From contig CBDCXR010000004.1 in the NCBI GenBank assembly GCA_965223845.1, forward strand, positions 4,811,334-4,875,333: DNA of 64,000 nucleotides, given 5' to 3'. The notes under the pieces were generated by a model. It searched no databases. It had not been told where the DNA came from and saw only the letters and a list, made by a program, of their open reading frames with translations. Below are positions 27,672 to 37,013 of the stretch, piece after piece (position 1 is the first letter of the stretch; the number at the start of each line of letters is the position of its first letter). The DNA comes from Planctomycetota bacterium. Lineage in GTDB: Bacteria; Planctomycetota; UBA8108; SXIK01. A program made the position numbers and the translations under genes.

Positions 27672-28541
27672 ATGGATCTCGAACGTCTTCTGCAGAACAC
27701 CGAATGGCTGCGCAGTCTAGCTCTCGCCCTGGCTCGAGACGCTCACGACGCCGAGGACCTCGTCCAGGAGACGTGGATCGCCGCGCTCCGGTCCCCGCCG
27801 GCGGTAACGGACGAAAGCGCGACGGAGATCGATGCCGGCGCCGTCAACCGGAGCACTCGGGCGTGGCTGCGCCGCGTAGTTTCGAACGCCGCGCGACTCC
27901 ACTGGCGGCGGGACGTCCGGCGACGCGCGCGCGAAGAAGTGGCGGCGACGAGCGAGGCGATCGACGGTCCCGACGACGCGGCCGAGCGCGCCGAGCTTCT
28001 CGAACGAATCCTCACCTCGCTCCTCGCGCTCCCGAAGCCAGACCGAACGATCGTGCTTTGGCGCTACTTCGACGGCGAGTCGACCGCGCGCATCGCGGCG
28101 CGACTCGACATCAATCCGGGAGCGGCACGCATGCGGCTGTCCCGTGCGCTCGCGCGCATCCGCGCGGAGCTCGGCGACGACGGAAATCGGCGTCTGCGAA
28201 CGATTGTCGTCGCCCGGCCCTCGGCGGCCGCTCGTCCGGCGAGCGCCGGGGCCGCGAGCTGGGCCGCTCTGCTCATCGCCGCGGTTTCGCTCGGCTTCGC
28301 CGGCGGCTGGAGCGTCGGGCCGGGCGCGGCTGACCGCGGGCCGGCGCCACTCGTCGAAGCGACGCCCGTCTCGCGCGGCGACTCCGCTGACCTCGACGCC
28401 CTCCGGCGAGCCCTCGAGGACTCCGAGGCGCGACTCGCCCAATCGAACCGGACGATCGAAGCCCTCGCGGCCGAGGCGTCCCGTCTCCAGCTTAAGCTCT
28501 TTCGCGAGAACGGCTTGGCGACTTTTTCGAACCCGAGCTGA
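27672..28541 (+). CDS. ECF-type RNA polymerase sigma-70 family factor with C-terminal transmembrane and coiled-coil extension (membrane-tethered sigma)
   Basis: ATG 27672 (MDLERLLQNTEW). Sigma region 2 (DAEDLVQETWIAALRS) and region 4 (ESTARIAARLDINPGAARMRLSRALARIRAEL). Then a hydrophobic helix (ASWAALLIAAVSLGFAGGW) and a coiled coil (DLDALRRALEDSEARLAQSNRTIEALAAEASRLQLKLF). The 51 upstream codons of ORF-track 27519 lie in a low-GC non-coding-looking region. Confidence 0.7.
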   Translation: MDLERLLQNTEWLRSLALALARDAHDAEDLVQETWIAALRSPPAVTDESATEIDAGAVNRSTRAWLRRVVSNAARLHWRRDVRRRAREEVAATSEAIDGPDDAAERAELLERILTSLLALPKPDRTIVLWRYFDGESTARIAARLDINPGAARMRLSRALARIRAELGDDGNRRLRTIVVARPSAAARPASAGAASWAALLIAAVSLGFAGGWSVGPGAADRGPAPLVEATPVSRGDSADLDALRRALEDSEARLAQSNRTIEALAAEASRLQLKLFRENGLATFSNPS

Positions 28542-28630
28542 TCCGCATCGCGCTCGACTCACCCGGGCTTGCGTGTAGCATAAGATGGAAGTTCTGCGCT
28601 CCGGCGCGCTGACCCTAACCGAGGAACTCT

Positions 28631-30748
28631 ATGGCCTCCGAACTCCGCACTGAATCGCACACGTCCTGCCCGCGTTGGTGGATTGCCGCGCTCGCGCTAG
28701 CTCTCGTTGCGCCCGCGTCGCTTCGCGCTCAGCTCGAACCACCGTCGAAAGACACTCGGGAGGTCACTCAGCTCGTCGCCCAATACCTCGAGGGCGTCCA
28801 TCTCCGCGGCCGCCGACTGGACGACGCAGCGTCGAAGAACATGTTCCGAAAACTGTTCTCCGACCTCGATCCTCTCCACCTCTACTTCCTCGCGTCGGAC
28901 GTCGACCAATTCCGCGCGAACGAGACGCGCATCGACGACATGCTGAAGACGGGCGACCTCGAGTTCGCCTACAAGCTCTTCAAGCGGTTCCTCGAGCGAG
29001 TCGACGAGCGCACGAAGGCCGTTGTGGAGTTGCTCGCCGCTGAGCCGGATTTCACGGTCGACGAGTCGATCGAGCTCGACCGCGAGGACGCGAGCTTTCC
29101 CGCGGACGCCGACGCCGCGAAAGAGATTTGGCGGAAGCGTATCAAGCTCATGCTCCTCGAACGCATCGCCGACGGCGAAACGCTCGAGGAAGCTCGCGAT
29201 TTGTTGCGGAAGCGCTACGAAGGATTCGCGCGGCGACTCCACCAAACGGACAACGACGAGCTCCTGCAACTCTTCCTCAACGCCGCGGCGACGACCTACG
29301 ACCCGCACACCGCGTATCTCTCGCCGCGGACGCTCGAGGACTTCGAAATCAGCATGCGCCTCGAACTTCAAGGGATCGGCGCGCTGCTTCAGTCGGAGGA
29401 CGGGTTCACCGTCGTGAAGAGCATCGTTCCCGGTGGCGCGGCCGCGCGCGACGAACGTCTCCAGCCCGAAGACAAGATCGAGGCCGTTGCGGAAGGCGAT
29501 GAGGGCGAGTTTGTCGATCTCTACAACATGAAGCTGTCGGATGTCGTCAAGCGCATCCGCGGGAAGGCCGGGACGCGCGTTCGGCTGAAGGTGATCCACG
29601 CGAACAAGGAGCGCGAGACGATCGATCTCGTCCGCGCGAAGATCGAGCTCGCGGAGAAGGCCGCCCAGGGAGAGATCCACGAGGTGAAGTCGGACGGCGG
29701 ATCGACGATGAAGATCGGAGTCGTCGATCTCCCGAGCTTCTACATGGACCTCGAGGCGGCGAGCCGCAAAGAGACGAAGGACTTTCGCAGCTCAACACGC
29801 GACGTCGAAAAGATCATCCAGGGCTTCGTCAAAGAGAAGGTCGACGCCGTCGTCGTCGATCTCCGCCGAAACACGGGCGGCTCACTCACCGAAGCGATCA
29901 ACATGACGGGGCTCTTCATCGACGAGGGTCCGGTCGTTCTCATCAAGGGTCCGCGGGGCGCGATCGATCGGAAGGACGACACCAATCCCGGCATGCTGTG
30001 GAACGGTCCGCTCGTCGTGATGACCAGCCGATTCAGCGCGAGCGCGAGCGAGATCTTCGCCGGCGCGATTCAGGACCATCGGCGCGGAATCATCGTCGGC
30101 GACTCCTCGACGCACGGCAAGGGGACGGTTCAGCACCTCGTCGATCTCTACGTACGCAACGGCGAAGCTCCGGCCGGTGCGCTCAAGATCACGATCTCGC
30201 AGTTTTACCGGCCGAACGGGCGGAGCACGCAGCTCGACGGCGTGCGGCCCGACATCGAGCTCCCCTCGTTCTCTGCGCACTTGAGCGAAGGCGAAGCGGG
30301 CGACTACGCGATGGCGAACGACAGCATCCGCGGGGTCAAGTTCACGCCCCTCGACATGGTCAACGCCGACATCGTCCGGGAGATCTCGTGGCAGTCGCGC
30401 CGCCGCCGCGAGAAGAGCGCGATGTTCCAGCGACTCGAAAGCGAGATTCGGCGCTTCGTCGAGTTCAAGAAGCGCGACCGGATGCCGCTGCAAAAAGAAA
30501 AGTTCATGGCGGCGTACAAGCTCCAATCCGCGGTCGAGCTCGCGCAGGAGTTCGGCGATGTCTCGAGCGCCGAAGGGGCCGCCGCGAGCCCCGACTCTGC
30601 TGCGGTGCGAAATGAGACGCCGAGCTCTCCTCCCGGTGAGAACGCACCCGACGGCGACTCGTCAGCGAGCGAAGGAGACGAGCGAGTGTCGGAGTACCTT
30701 CAGGAAGTTCTCGCGATCACCCGCGACTACGTGCGCGCACTGAGCTGA
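28631..30748 (+). CDS. ctpA: Carboxyl-terminal processing protease (S41 family; Prc/CtpA-like, PDZ-containing), periplasmic
   Basis: Signal peptide (WWIAALALALVAPASLRAQ). PDZ region (GIGALLQSEDGFTVVKSIVPGGAAARD). S41 catalytic region (VVDLRRNTGGSLTEA...SRFSASASEIFAGAIQDHRRGIIVGDSSTHGKGTVQ). 705 aa. Confidence 0.85.
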   Translation: MASELRTESHTSCPRWWIAALALALVAPASLRAQLEPPSKDTREVTQLVAQYLEGVHLRGRRLDDAASKNMFRKLFSDLDPLHLYFLASDVDQFRANETRIDDMLKTGDLEFAYKLFKRFLERVDERTKAVVELLAAEPDFTVDESIELDREDASFPADADAAKEIWRKRIKLMLLERIADGETLEEARDLLRKRYEGFARRLHQTDNDELLQLFLNAAATTYDPHTAYLSPRTLEDFEISMRLELQGIGALLQSEDGFTVVKSIVPGGAAARDERLQPEDKIEAVAEGDEGEFVDLYNMKLSDVVKRIRGKAGTRVRLKVIHANKERETIDLVRAKIELAEKAAQGEIHEVKSDGGSTMKIGVVDLPSFYMDLEAASRKETKDFRSSTRDVEKIIQGFVKEKVDAVVVDLRRNTGGSLTEAINMTGLFIDEGPVVLIKGPRGAIDRKDDTNPGMLWNGPLVVMTSRFSASASEIFAGAIQDHRRGIIVGDSSTHGKGTVQHLVDLYVRNGEAPAGALKITISQFYRPNGRSTQLDGVRPDIELPSFSAHLSEGEAGDYAMANDSIRGVKFTPLDMVNADIVREISWQSRRRREKSAMFQRLESEIRRFVEFKKRDRMPLQKEKFMAAYKLQSAVELAQEFGDVSSAEGAAASPDSAAVRNETPSSPPGENAPDGDSSASEGDERVSEYLQEVLAITRDYVRALS

Positions 30749-30790
30749 TCCTGAGAGCGGACGCGCGAAGAGCGGAACGAAACACGAGAA

Positions 30791-30821
30791 GACGGACGCC
30801 GACGCGTCCGTCTTTTCTTTT
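30791..30821 (+). terminator. Rho-independent terminator downstream of ctpA
   Basis: GACGGACGC-cgac-GCGTCCGTC perfect 9-bp stem followed by TTTTCTTTT, 43 nt after the ctpA stop (30746-30748). Confidence 0.7.
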
Positions 30822-30847
30822 GGCTCGTGCCGCGTTACCGTGCGGCC

Positions 30848-31798
30848 ATGAGTGAAGCGACGACCTCAGACTCGCGCGCAGCGATCGACGCGCGCGACCT
30901 TCGGAAGAGCTACGGCGATGTCGTCGCCGTCGATGGACTCGATGTCCGAGCGCAGACGGGGACCTGTCTCGGCCTCCTCGGCCCGAACGGCGCCGGGAAG
31001 TCGACCACGCTCCACATCCTCGTCGGGCTCATCACCGATCATTCCGGCGATGTGACGATCCTCGACCGGGACATGCGCCGCGACGGAGATCTCGTACGCG
31101 AGCACATCGGGGTCCAGTTGCAGGAGACGCAGCTCTACGACAAGCTCACGACCCTCGAGATTCTTCAGCTCTTCCGCAGCTTCTACGCGGAGGGCCGAGA
31201 TCCGGACGCCGTGCTCGGCCTCGTCGGGCTCGAAGAGAAGCGGAACGCTCGCTGCGTGCATCTCTCGGGTGGACAGAAACAGCGCCTCGCGCTCGGCTGT
31301 GCGCTCGTCAGCGAGCCGCGGATCCTCTTTCTCGACGAGCCGACGACGGGCCTCGATCCGCAGGCACGCCGCCGCGTGTGGGAGATCGTCGAGGAGTTCA
31401 AGGCGCGCGGCGGAACGGTGCTTCTCACCACGCACTACATGGACGAGGCCGAGCGGCTGAGCGATTCGGTCCTCATCGTCGACCACGGCAAAGCGATCGC
31501 CAGCGGTCGACCGGAGGAAATCATCGACAGCCTCGGGGCCGAGAGCATCGTCGAGTTCTCCGCGGACCCGCCGCTCGACGCGGAGACGAGCTCTCTCGCG
31601 GAACTGCCGTCCGTCAAGTCGGTTCGTGCGAGCGCGAGCGGAGTCTCCATGGAGGTCGAATCAACCCACATCGCGCTCCCGGCGCTCCTCGACGCGATGA
31701 AACGAGAACAGGCGACGCTGACGGACCTTCGAACGCATCGCCCGACGCTCGAAGACGTCTTCGTCAACCTCACCGGGAGACAGCTCCGCGATGGCTGA
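30848..31798 (+). CDS. ABC transporter ATP-binding protein (ABC-2/DrrA-like)
   Basis: Walker A GPNGAGKST, signature LSGGQKQRL, Walker B ILFLDEPTTGLD, H-loop TTHYMDEA. Likely start MSEATTSD (ATG 30848). Confidence 0.85.
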   Translation: MSEATTSDSRAAIDARDLRKSYGDVVAVDGLDVRAQTGTCLGLLGPNGAGKSTTLHILVGLITDHSGDVTILDRDMRRDGDLVREHIGVQLQETQLYDKLTTLEILQLFRSFYAEGRDPDAVLGLVGLEEKRNARCVHLSGGQKQRLALGCALVSEPRILFLDEPTTGLDPQARRRVWEIVEEFKARGGTVLLTTHYMDEAERLSDSVLIVDHGKAIASGRPEEIIDSLGAESIVEFSADPPLDAETSSLAELPSVKSVRASASGVSMEVESTHIALPALLDAMKREQATLTDLRTHRPTLEDVFVNLTGRQLRDG

Positions 31799-32870
31799 CG
31801 CCCACATGTCTCCTTCTCTACCGGGTCGAAGCGGACTCCGCTGGGGCGAGGTCGCCGCGCTCACCCGCGCGCGTGTCGTCCTCTTTTGGCGCGAGCCGGA
31901 GGTCTGCTTCTGGGTGCTGATCTTTCCGCTCGCGCTCGCGCTCATCCTCGGATGGGCGTTCGCGGAGCGGGGCTCGAGTCCGGAGAACGTCGGGGTCGGG
32001 CCCGGACCGGAAGCCGACGCGATCGCGTCCCGGCTCGACGCGGAGGAGCTCCTGCAGGTTCGCCGGTTCGACTCCGCGGAGGAAGCTGAGAGGGCGCTCA
32101 GCTTCGGCCGAGTTTCGGCGCTCGTCGAGCCCGGATCGCCACCGACAGTGCGCTTCGATCCCGAGCGTCCGGAAGCTGAGCTCACGCGGTTTCGTGTGGA
32201 GGCTGCGCTCCGCGAGTCGCCTGCCGAAGGCACTCCCGCGGCGGTCGCGGTCGAGTCGACGGAGAACACCGGCGTCCGTTACATCGACTGGCTGTTTCCC
32301 GGGCTCCTCGGGATGAACATCCTCGGCACGGGAATCTGGGGAATCGGCTTCGGGCTCACCGACACTCGACAGCGAAAGCTCCTCCGTCGCTTCCTCGTCA
32401 CGCCGATGCGACGGAGCTCGTTCCTGCTTTCGTTCATGCTCTTTCGCATGGTGTTCCTCGTCATCGAGGTCGCCGTCCTAGTCCTCTTCGCGATCTTCGT
32501 GCTCGGGATTCCGCAGCGAGGATCGTTTCTCCTCCTCGGCGGGCTTCTTCTCATCGGTGCGACTGCGTTTTACGGCCTCGGAGTGCTCGTCGCCTCGCGA
32601 GCGCGCACGGTGGAGGGCGCGTCGGGTCTCATGAACTTCGTCATGATGCCGATGTGGCTCTTCTCCGGCGTATTCTTCTCGTACGAACGCTTCCCCGAAG
32701 TCGTCCATCCGCTCATTCAGGCGCTCCCGCTCACCGCTCTCAACGACGCCCTGCGCGCGACCATGCTCGAAGGAGCCGGAGTCACCGCCGTGCTTCCCGC
32801 GGCGTTGGTGCTCGTCGCCTGGGGCGCGGGCAGCTTCTTCCTCGCACTCAGAATCTTTCGCTGGGAGTGA
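31791..32870 (+). CDS. ABC-2 family transporter permease
   Basis: Overlaps the ATPase gene by 8 nt. Six predicted TM helices. ABC-2 signature region (FLVTPMRRSSFLLSFMLFRMVFLVIEV). Confidence 0.8.
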   Translation: MADAHMSPSLPGRSGLRWGEVAALTRARVVLFWREPEVCFWVLIFPLALALILGWAFAERGSSPENVGVGPGPEADAIASRLDAEELLQVRRFDSAEEAERALSFGRVSALVEPGSPPTVRFDPERPEAELTRFRVEAALRESPAEGTPAAVAVESTENTGVRYIDWLFPGLLGMNILGTGIWGIGFGLTDTRQRKLLRRFLVTPMRRSSFLLSFMLFRMVFLVIEVAVLVLFAIFVLGIPQRGSFLLLGGLLLIGATAFYGLGVLVASRARTVEGASGLMNFVMMPMWLFSGVFFSYERFPEVVHPLIQALPLTALNDALRATMLEGAGVTAVLPAALVLVAWGAGSFFLALRIFRWE

Positions 32871-32933
32871 CTGCGGGAGCTCGGAAACGGGAACCGCGTT
32901 CCTTCACCGTGGGCCGATAGCGATCGAGGTCGA

Positions 32934-35900
32934 CTACTCGTTGAAGTCGACGTCGAGCTTCGTCTCGCGCCCCGGCTCGATCTCGACCTCGCCAAAGTCT
33001 CGCGGCGCCGAGGCGACGGCGGGCTCGCGCCAGCGCTGCTCGCGGATGCGCAATCGGTACGTTCCCGGTCGGATGCCATCCACGCGGTACTGTCCACCGC
33101 GCCCGACCCAGCCCCGGACCGTGACGTCGCCGGGTTTGGGATCGGTTCCCGCGGGATCAGTCCCGTCCTCGGCGGCCGGGGTAGAAACGAGCTCGATGGC
33201 GAAACCACCGTTGTCGAAATCGAACTCCTCGGGAGCGACGAAGCTCCCCTTGAGGCGACCGCCGAGACGCATTTGTAGACTCAGCTCGGGGACCGCGCCG
33301 TCGACGACCGAGATCCTCGGTCGCTCATCCTCGAAGAAGTACGTCTTGTGGTTTAGCTGGACGTGGTACTCGGCGTCGCCCAAGCCGTCGATCGAGAATC
33401 GCCCCTCGGCGTCGGTACGTCCGTTGAAGTTTTGATGGTTCGCGGCGCGCGCGACTTCGCGGTCCGCGAAGCTGAGATAGACGTTGACGTTCTCGACTGG
33501 TTGGCCGGTATCGACCGCGGTCACGATCCCGCTGACGGCCGCTCCGCGGTCGACCGCGAGGTGGACCTGCTCGTTGGCCCCCGGGTGAAGGCGAACGGTT
33601 CGTGCAGCGACAGCGTAGCCTTCGACAATCGCACTCACCACGTATTCGCCGTCGCGGACGGAGTCGAATTCGAACTCGCCGGCGACGTTCTGAAACTCGC
33701 TCGAGTGCCAACCGTCGCGCCAGGGAGTATTCCTCCGATTTGGCTCCTTCGATTGAAGCTGAACGCGGAACTTCGGGATCGCCGACCCGGTCGCGGCATC
33801 GACGACAGTGCCTGAGATTCCGGAGAACGCCCGCAGCTCGAGATCGTCCACCGACGATCCGGCGCGCACGCCGGTTTGGTAGGCCGGACTGAAGCCCTCG
33901 AGACGGGCCGACACCACGAGGTCGGTATCCTGCGGCAAGCGATCGAGAGTGTAACGTCCCTCCTCGTCGCTCTGCGTCGACGACAGACCGGTCCCGGACG
34001 CCGCTGCGACCTCGTAGCTGGCGGCGAGCATCGCTCGCGTGCGCTCGTCCTCTTCGGCGTCGACCTCCATCGCGGGAACGGCCGCGATCTGCACTCCGGC
34101 GAGAGGATTCCCTTCGTGATCGACGACCTCACCTTCGACGGTACCGCCGCTCTCGAGCGATACGTCGACGCGCACCTCGTCGCCGGACACGTCGAACGTC
34201 TCGATCGTCTTCTTGGCGAACCCGAGTGCATCGACCTCGATGCGGTAGGTGCCCGAGACCACTCCCGTCAGTCGGTAGGTCCCGTCCGGTGCGGTGTACG
34301 CCGTCTTACCCGAGCTCTTCGGCATCAACTGGAGGATCATCTGCATCTCCGGGTCGTCGATTTGCGTCGACGTGACCGGGTGAAAGCGAACGGCCGCGAG
34401 CGCGATCGCACCGCCACCGTCGTCGGAGATCTGTCCGTGGACCGCCGCGCTGGGCGAGAGAACGATCTGTACGGTCTCGTCGCCCTCGTCGGCACCCGGA
34501 TCTTCGGCACCCGCGGTCGGTCGACCGCGACGCCGCGAGAACCGCTCGACCATTTTCGCGGGAAGCGACGCGCGGCCGCTCCCGAGTTTCGGGTGCACCG
34601 CGATGAGCTCCGGCGGGATCGGCGGGCCGCCGGTACTCGTCACGGTGAGACTGAACTCGCCGTTGGCGTCGGTGAAGGTAGAGAGTTCCTGGTCGGCTTC
34701 GATCAAGTAGATGATCCGCGGAATACCGGGGAAGTCCGCGACGACCTTGGCGCGACTCACGGGATTGCCATCGACATCGACGACCACTCCGCGGATGGGC
34801 GCCTGCGCCTTCATCAGGATTTCGGTCGGAGTATCGGAGTTCACCTCCGCGTTCGTCCACGTGCGTTCATAGTCGCCGTGAGACACGTTGACGTGAACCT
34901 GCCCGGTCTTATCGTCCTTGAGCCCCGCGATCACGAACTCGCCGTTCTCGTCGGTTCTCGCGCGGCGCGACACTCCCGACCAAACCTGCACCTTCGCGCC
35001 GACGATGGGATCACGCGTCTCGCGGTCCCGTACGACTCCGCGCAGATCGACTCCGCGAGCCATGCGGATCGTGACGCCCGTCGCACCGGCCTCGAGCGTC
35101 TGCTCCTCCGGTGGAACGAGATCGTCGGCCTCGGCTCCGACGGCGTACGATCCCTCGTCGAGTCCGGAGATCTCGAAGCGTCCTTTTTCGTCCGCCGTAA
35201 CCTCGATGCGACCGTCGTCGCGACCGAATCCCCGAGTCTTCCGGCTGTCCTTCGCGAACACACTCGCCCCGTCGACACCGAATCCATCCGCTCCGAGGAC
35301 CACGCCGCTGATCGAGAGCGGGGTCGGCAGACGGATCTCTCCGAGATCGATCGCTCCGGTCTCGGCGTGGAGGCTCTCCTTCTTCTCCGGATGGCCTTCC
35401 AACGACACCGTGATCTGATAGAAACCGGAGGCGACGCCCCTCGCGACGAACGCTCCGTCGGAGTTCACCGTCGTCTCGGTTCTCTTCTCACCGAGAAAAT
35501 CGATGTCCATCCCCGCCATCATCACGGGATTCATCCGGCTCAGATCGGGAAGGGGAGGAGCGATCACGACCTTCGCGCCGCCAGCGGGTTCACCAGCCGC
35601 GGTGAGCACGACTCCCGTCACCTCGACGCCGCGGTCGAGCTCGACGGTGATGTCCTCGAGCCCGGCCATGACATTCCCGATTCGAGTGCGAGCGAAGCCC
35701 TCCTTGAACACTTTGAGATCGAAGAGCTCCGGCGTGAGACCACCGATGCGGAACGTGCCGTCCTCGCCCGAGCGAACCTCACTGCGGAGGAGGCCCTTCG
35801 CTTCGGCCACGTCCATGAGAACCTGCATCATCTTCCCCATCCCCCGCACGCTCGCCGCATCCGCGGTCTCGCAGGACAGCACGGCGCCGGCGACGGGCTT

Positions 35901-36530
35901 CCCGTCCGGATCGACCACGCGACCCGCGATCAGTTTGCCGTCGCGAAGCTCGATGTCGCGTTCCGCGGCGCCCTCTTCGTCGACGAACACCCCGACGCTT
36001 CGCTCGGGAAGGTACTGTTCGTGCGTGACGAAGAGCTCGTACTCGTTCGGCGGAAGGCTGTGGAGCGCGTAGCGTCCCTCGGAGTCGGTCTCGGCGAAGG
36101 TGAGCTTCGCCACCTTCTCGCCGAACTCACGCCGGAGCGCGGTGATGCCGGTGAAGGGATCGCGAAAGCGGTCGTCGAGGTCGCGGAGGTCTTCGACCCA
36201 GACGGCGGGCGCGACCGCCGTGACGCGAGCACCCGGAACGCCTTCGCCCTCTCGATCGATGATCCGTCCGGCGATCGAGACCGGCCCGTCCGGAACGACG
36301 GGCTCCACGGTTTCCTCCGCGGGCTCGACGGCTGCGTCGTCCGCGTTCGCGGTCACGTTCTCCGGCGTCGGGAGTTCCTCGACGTAGGTATCTTCGACTT
36401 CCGGGAGGCCGTCCCGCATGCCGGCTCCCGGATCACCGTCGATTCCGTCGGAATCATTCAGCAAGAAGACCGCGATCAGGCCGCCGATCAGAAGAACCGA
36501 CAGCACGAGACTCCAGACGACGCGATTCAT
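32934..36530 (-). CDS. Large secreted/anchored protein with at least six carboxypeptidase-regulatory-like (CarboxypepD_reg) domains
   Basis: ATG 36528-36530 preceded by GGAGAGGGGGG. N-terminal anchor MNRVVWSLVLSVLLIGGLIAVFLL. Repeated G(R/V)VVD..G.P..GA.V motifs (GRIIDREGEGVPGARVTAV; GRVVDPDGKPVAGAVLSCE; GVVLTAAGEPAGGAKVVIA; GVVVDVDGNPVSRAKVVA; GEVVDHEGNPLAGVQIAAV; GTVVDAATGSAIPKFRVQL; GIVTAVDTGQPVENVNVYL). The 68 upstream codons of ORF-track 36734 are excluded. 1198 aa. Confidence 0.75.
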   Translation of the reverse strand: MNRVVWSLVLSVLLIGGLIAVFLLNDSDGIDGDPGAGMRDGLPEVEDTYVEELPTPENVTANADDAAVEPAEETVEPVVPDGPVSIAGRIIDREGEGVPGARVTAVAPAVWVEDLRDLDDRFRDPFTGITALRREFGEKVAKLTFAETDSEGRYALHSLPPNEYELFVTHEQYLPERSVGVFVDEEGAAERDIELRDGKLIAGRVVDPDGKPVAGAVLSCETADAASVRGMGKMMQVLMDVAEAKGLLRSEVRSGEDGTFRIGGLTPELFDLKVFKEGFARTRIGNVMAGLEDITVELDRGVEVTGVVLTAAGEPAGGAKVVIAPPLPDLSRMNPVMMAGMDIDFLGEKRTETTVNSDGAFVARGVASGFYQITVSLEGHPEKKESLHAETGAIDLGEIRLPTPLSISGVVLGADGFGVDGASVFAKDSRKTRGFGRDDGRIEVTADEKGRFEISGLDEGSYAVGAEADDLVPPEEQTLEAGATGVTIRMARGVDLRGVVRDRETRDPIVGAKVQVWSGVSRRARTDENGEFVIAGLKDDKTGQVHVNVSHGDYERTWTNAEVNSDTPTEILMKAQAPIRGVVVDVDGNPVSRAKVVADFPGIPRIIYLIEADQELSTFTDANGEFSLTVTSTGGPPIPPELIAVHPKLGSGRASLPAKMVERFSRRRGRPTAGAEDPGADEGDETVQIVLSPSAAVHGQISDDGGGAIALAAVRFHPVTSTQIDDPEMQMILQLMPKSSGKTAYTAPDGTYRLTGVVSGTYRIEVDALGFAKKTIETFDVSGDEVRVDVSLESGGTVEGEVVDHEGNPLAGVQIAAVPAMEVDAEEDERTRAMLAASYEVAAASGTGLSSTQSDEEGRYTLDRLPQDTDLVVSARLEGFSPAYQTGVRAGSSVDDLELRAFSGISGTVVDAATGSAIPKFRVQLQSKEPNRRNTPWRDGWHSSEFQNVAGEFEFDSVRDGEYVVSAIVEGYAVAARTVRLHPGANEQVHLAVDRGAAVSGIVTAVDTGQPVENVNVYLSFADREVARAANHQNFNGRTDAEGRFSIDGLGDAEYHVQLNHKTYFFEDERPRISVVDGAVPELSLQMRLGGRLKGSFVAPEEFDFDNGGFAIELVSTPAAEDGTDPAGTDPKPGDVTVRGWVGRGGQYRVDGIRPGTYRLRIREQRWREPAVASAPRDFGEVEIEPGRETKLDVDFNE

Positions 36531-36895
36531 CTGCGTTCCCCCCTCTCCTAGGGCCGCGTCCCGATTGACGGGAATCGAGCGGCGCTTGTTCAGTCGATGT
36601 TCGATGTCTCCGCAAAACGATCGCCGGTGTGCCGCCGCACGCGACGGCACACGCACCGCTTCGAGACACCCCTGTTCTACTTCGAGCCGGACCGGGAGCA
36701 AAACGCGAGCTGAGCTCGAATTCGATCGGACCAACGCGATCGCCCCGCTCGGGGCTCCATCGGAAGTCGGCCTCTTCTGCGCGGAGTTTCACCGGGAGTT
36801 CGCGCGAGATCGGATTTTCCCGAAATCGCGTTGCGAACGGAGCGACTGGGTGTCCGGAACGCGGGCCGGATGATCGCGAGCTTTCGCGCCGCCGT

Positions 36896-36921
36896 TTTTT
36901 TCTGGCAGCTTTTTTCTGGCA
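36896..36921 (+). repeat. Direct repeat TTTTTTCTGGCA x2 upstream of blaI
   Basis: Copies at 36896-36907 and 36910-36921, immediately 5' of the palindromic candidate operators. Possible promoter element. Confidence 0.4.
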
Positions 36922-36922
36922 T

Positions 36923-36972
36923 CCTGAGACAGCTCGTCTCAGGATGCGAACGCAAGTGAGACAGCTCGTCTC
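36923..36972 (+). promoter_or_regulatory. Candidate BlaI/MecI-family repressor operator pair (two copies of palindrome GAGACAGCTCGTCTC)
   Basis: CCTGAGACAGCTCGTCTCAGG (36923-36943, perfect dyad) and GAGACAGCTCGTCTC (36958-36972). Their centres are about 32 bp apart, 42-91 nt upstream of the blaI start at 37014. Confidence 0.5.
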
Positions 36973-37013
36973 CACCCCGCTTCTCCAAGGTCTCCAGCGA
37001 GCCGAAGAACGCG

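Noticed and set aside
33876-36551. 891-aa + strand ORF
   Set aside because: Antisense to the well-supported CarboxypepD_reg-repeat gene. Composition is Arg/Asp/His-rich with no motifs.
36896-36921. Sigma-54 promoter (TGGCA repeats)
   Set aside because: TGGCA occurs twice, but there is no TTGC(A/T) element at the required 4-5 nt spacing. More likely part of a direct repeat/operator region.
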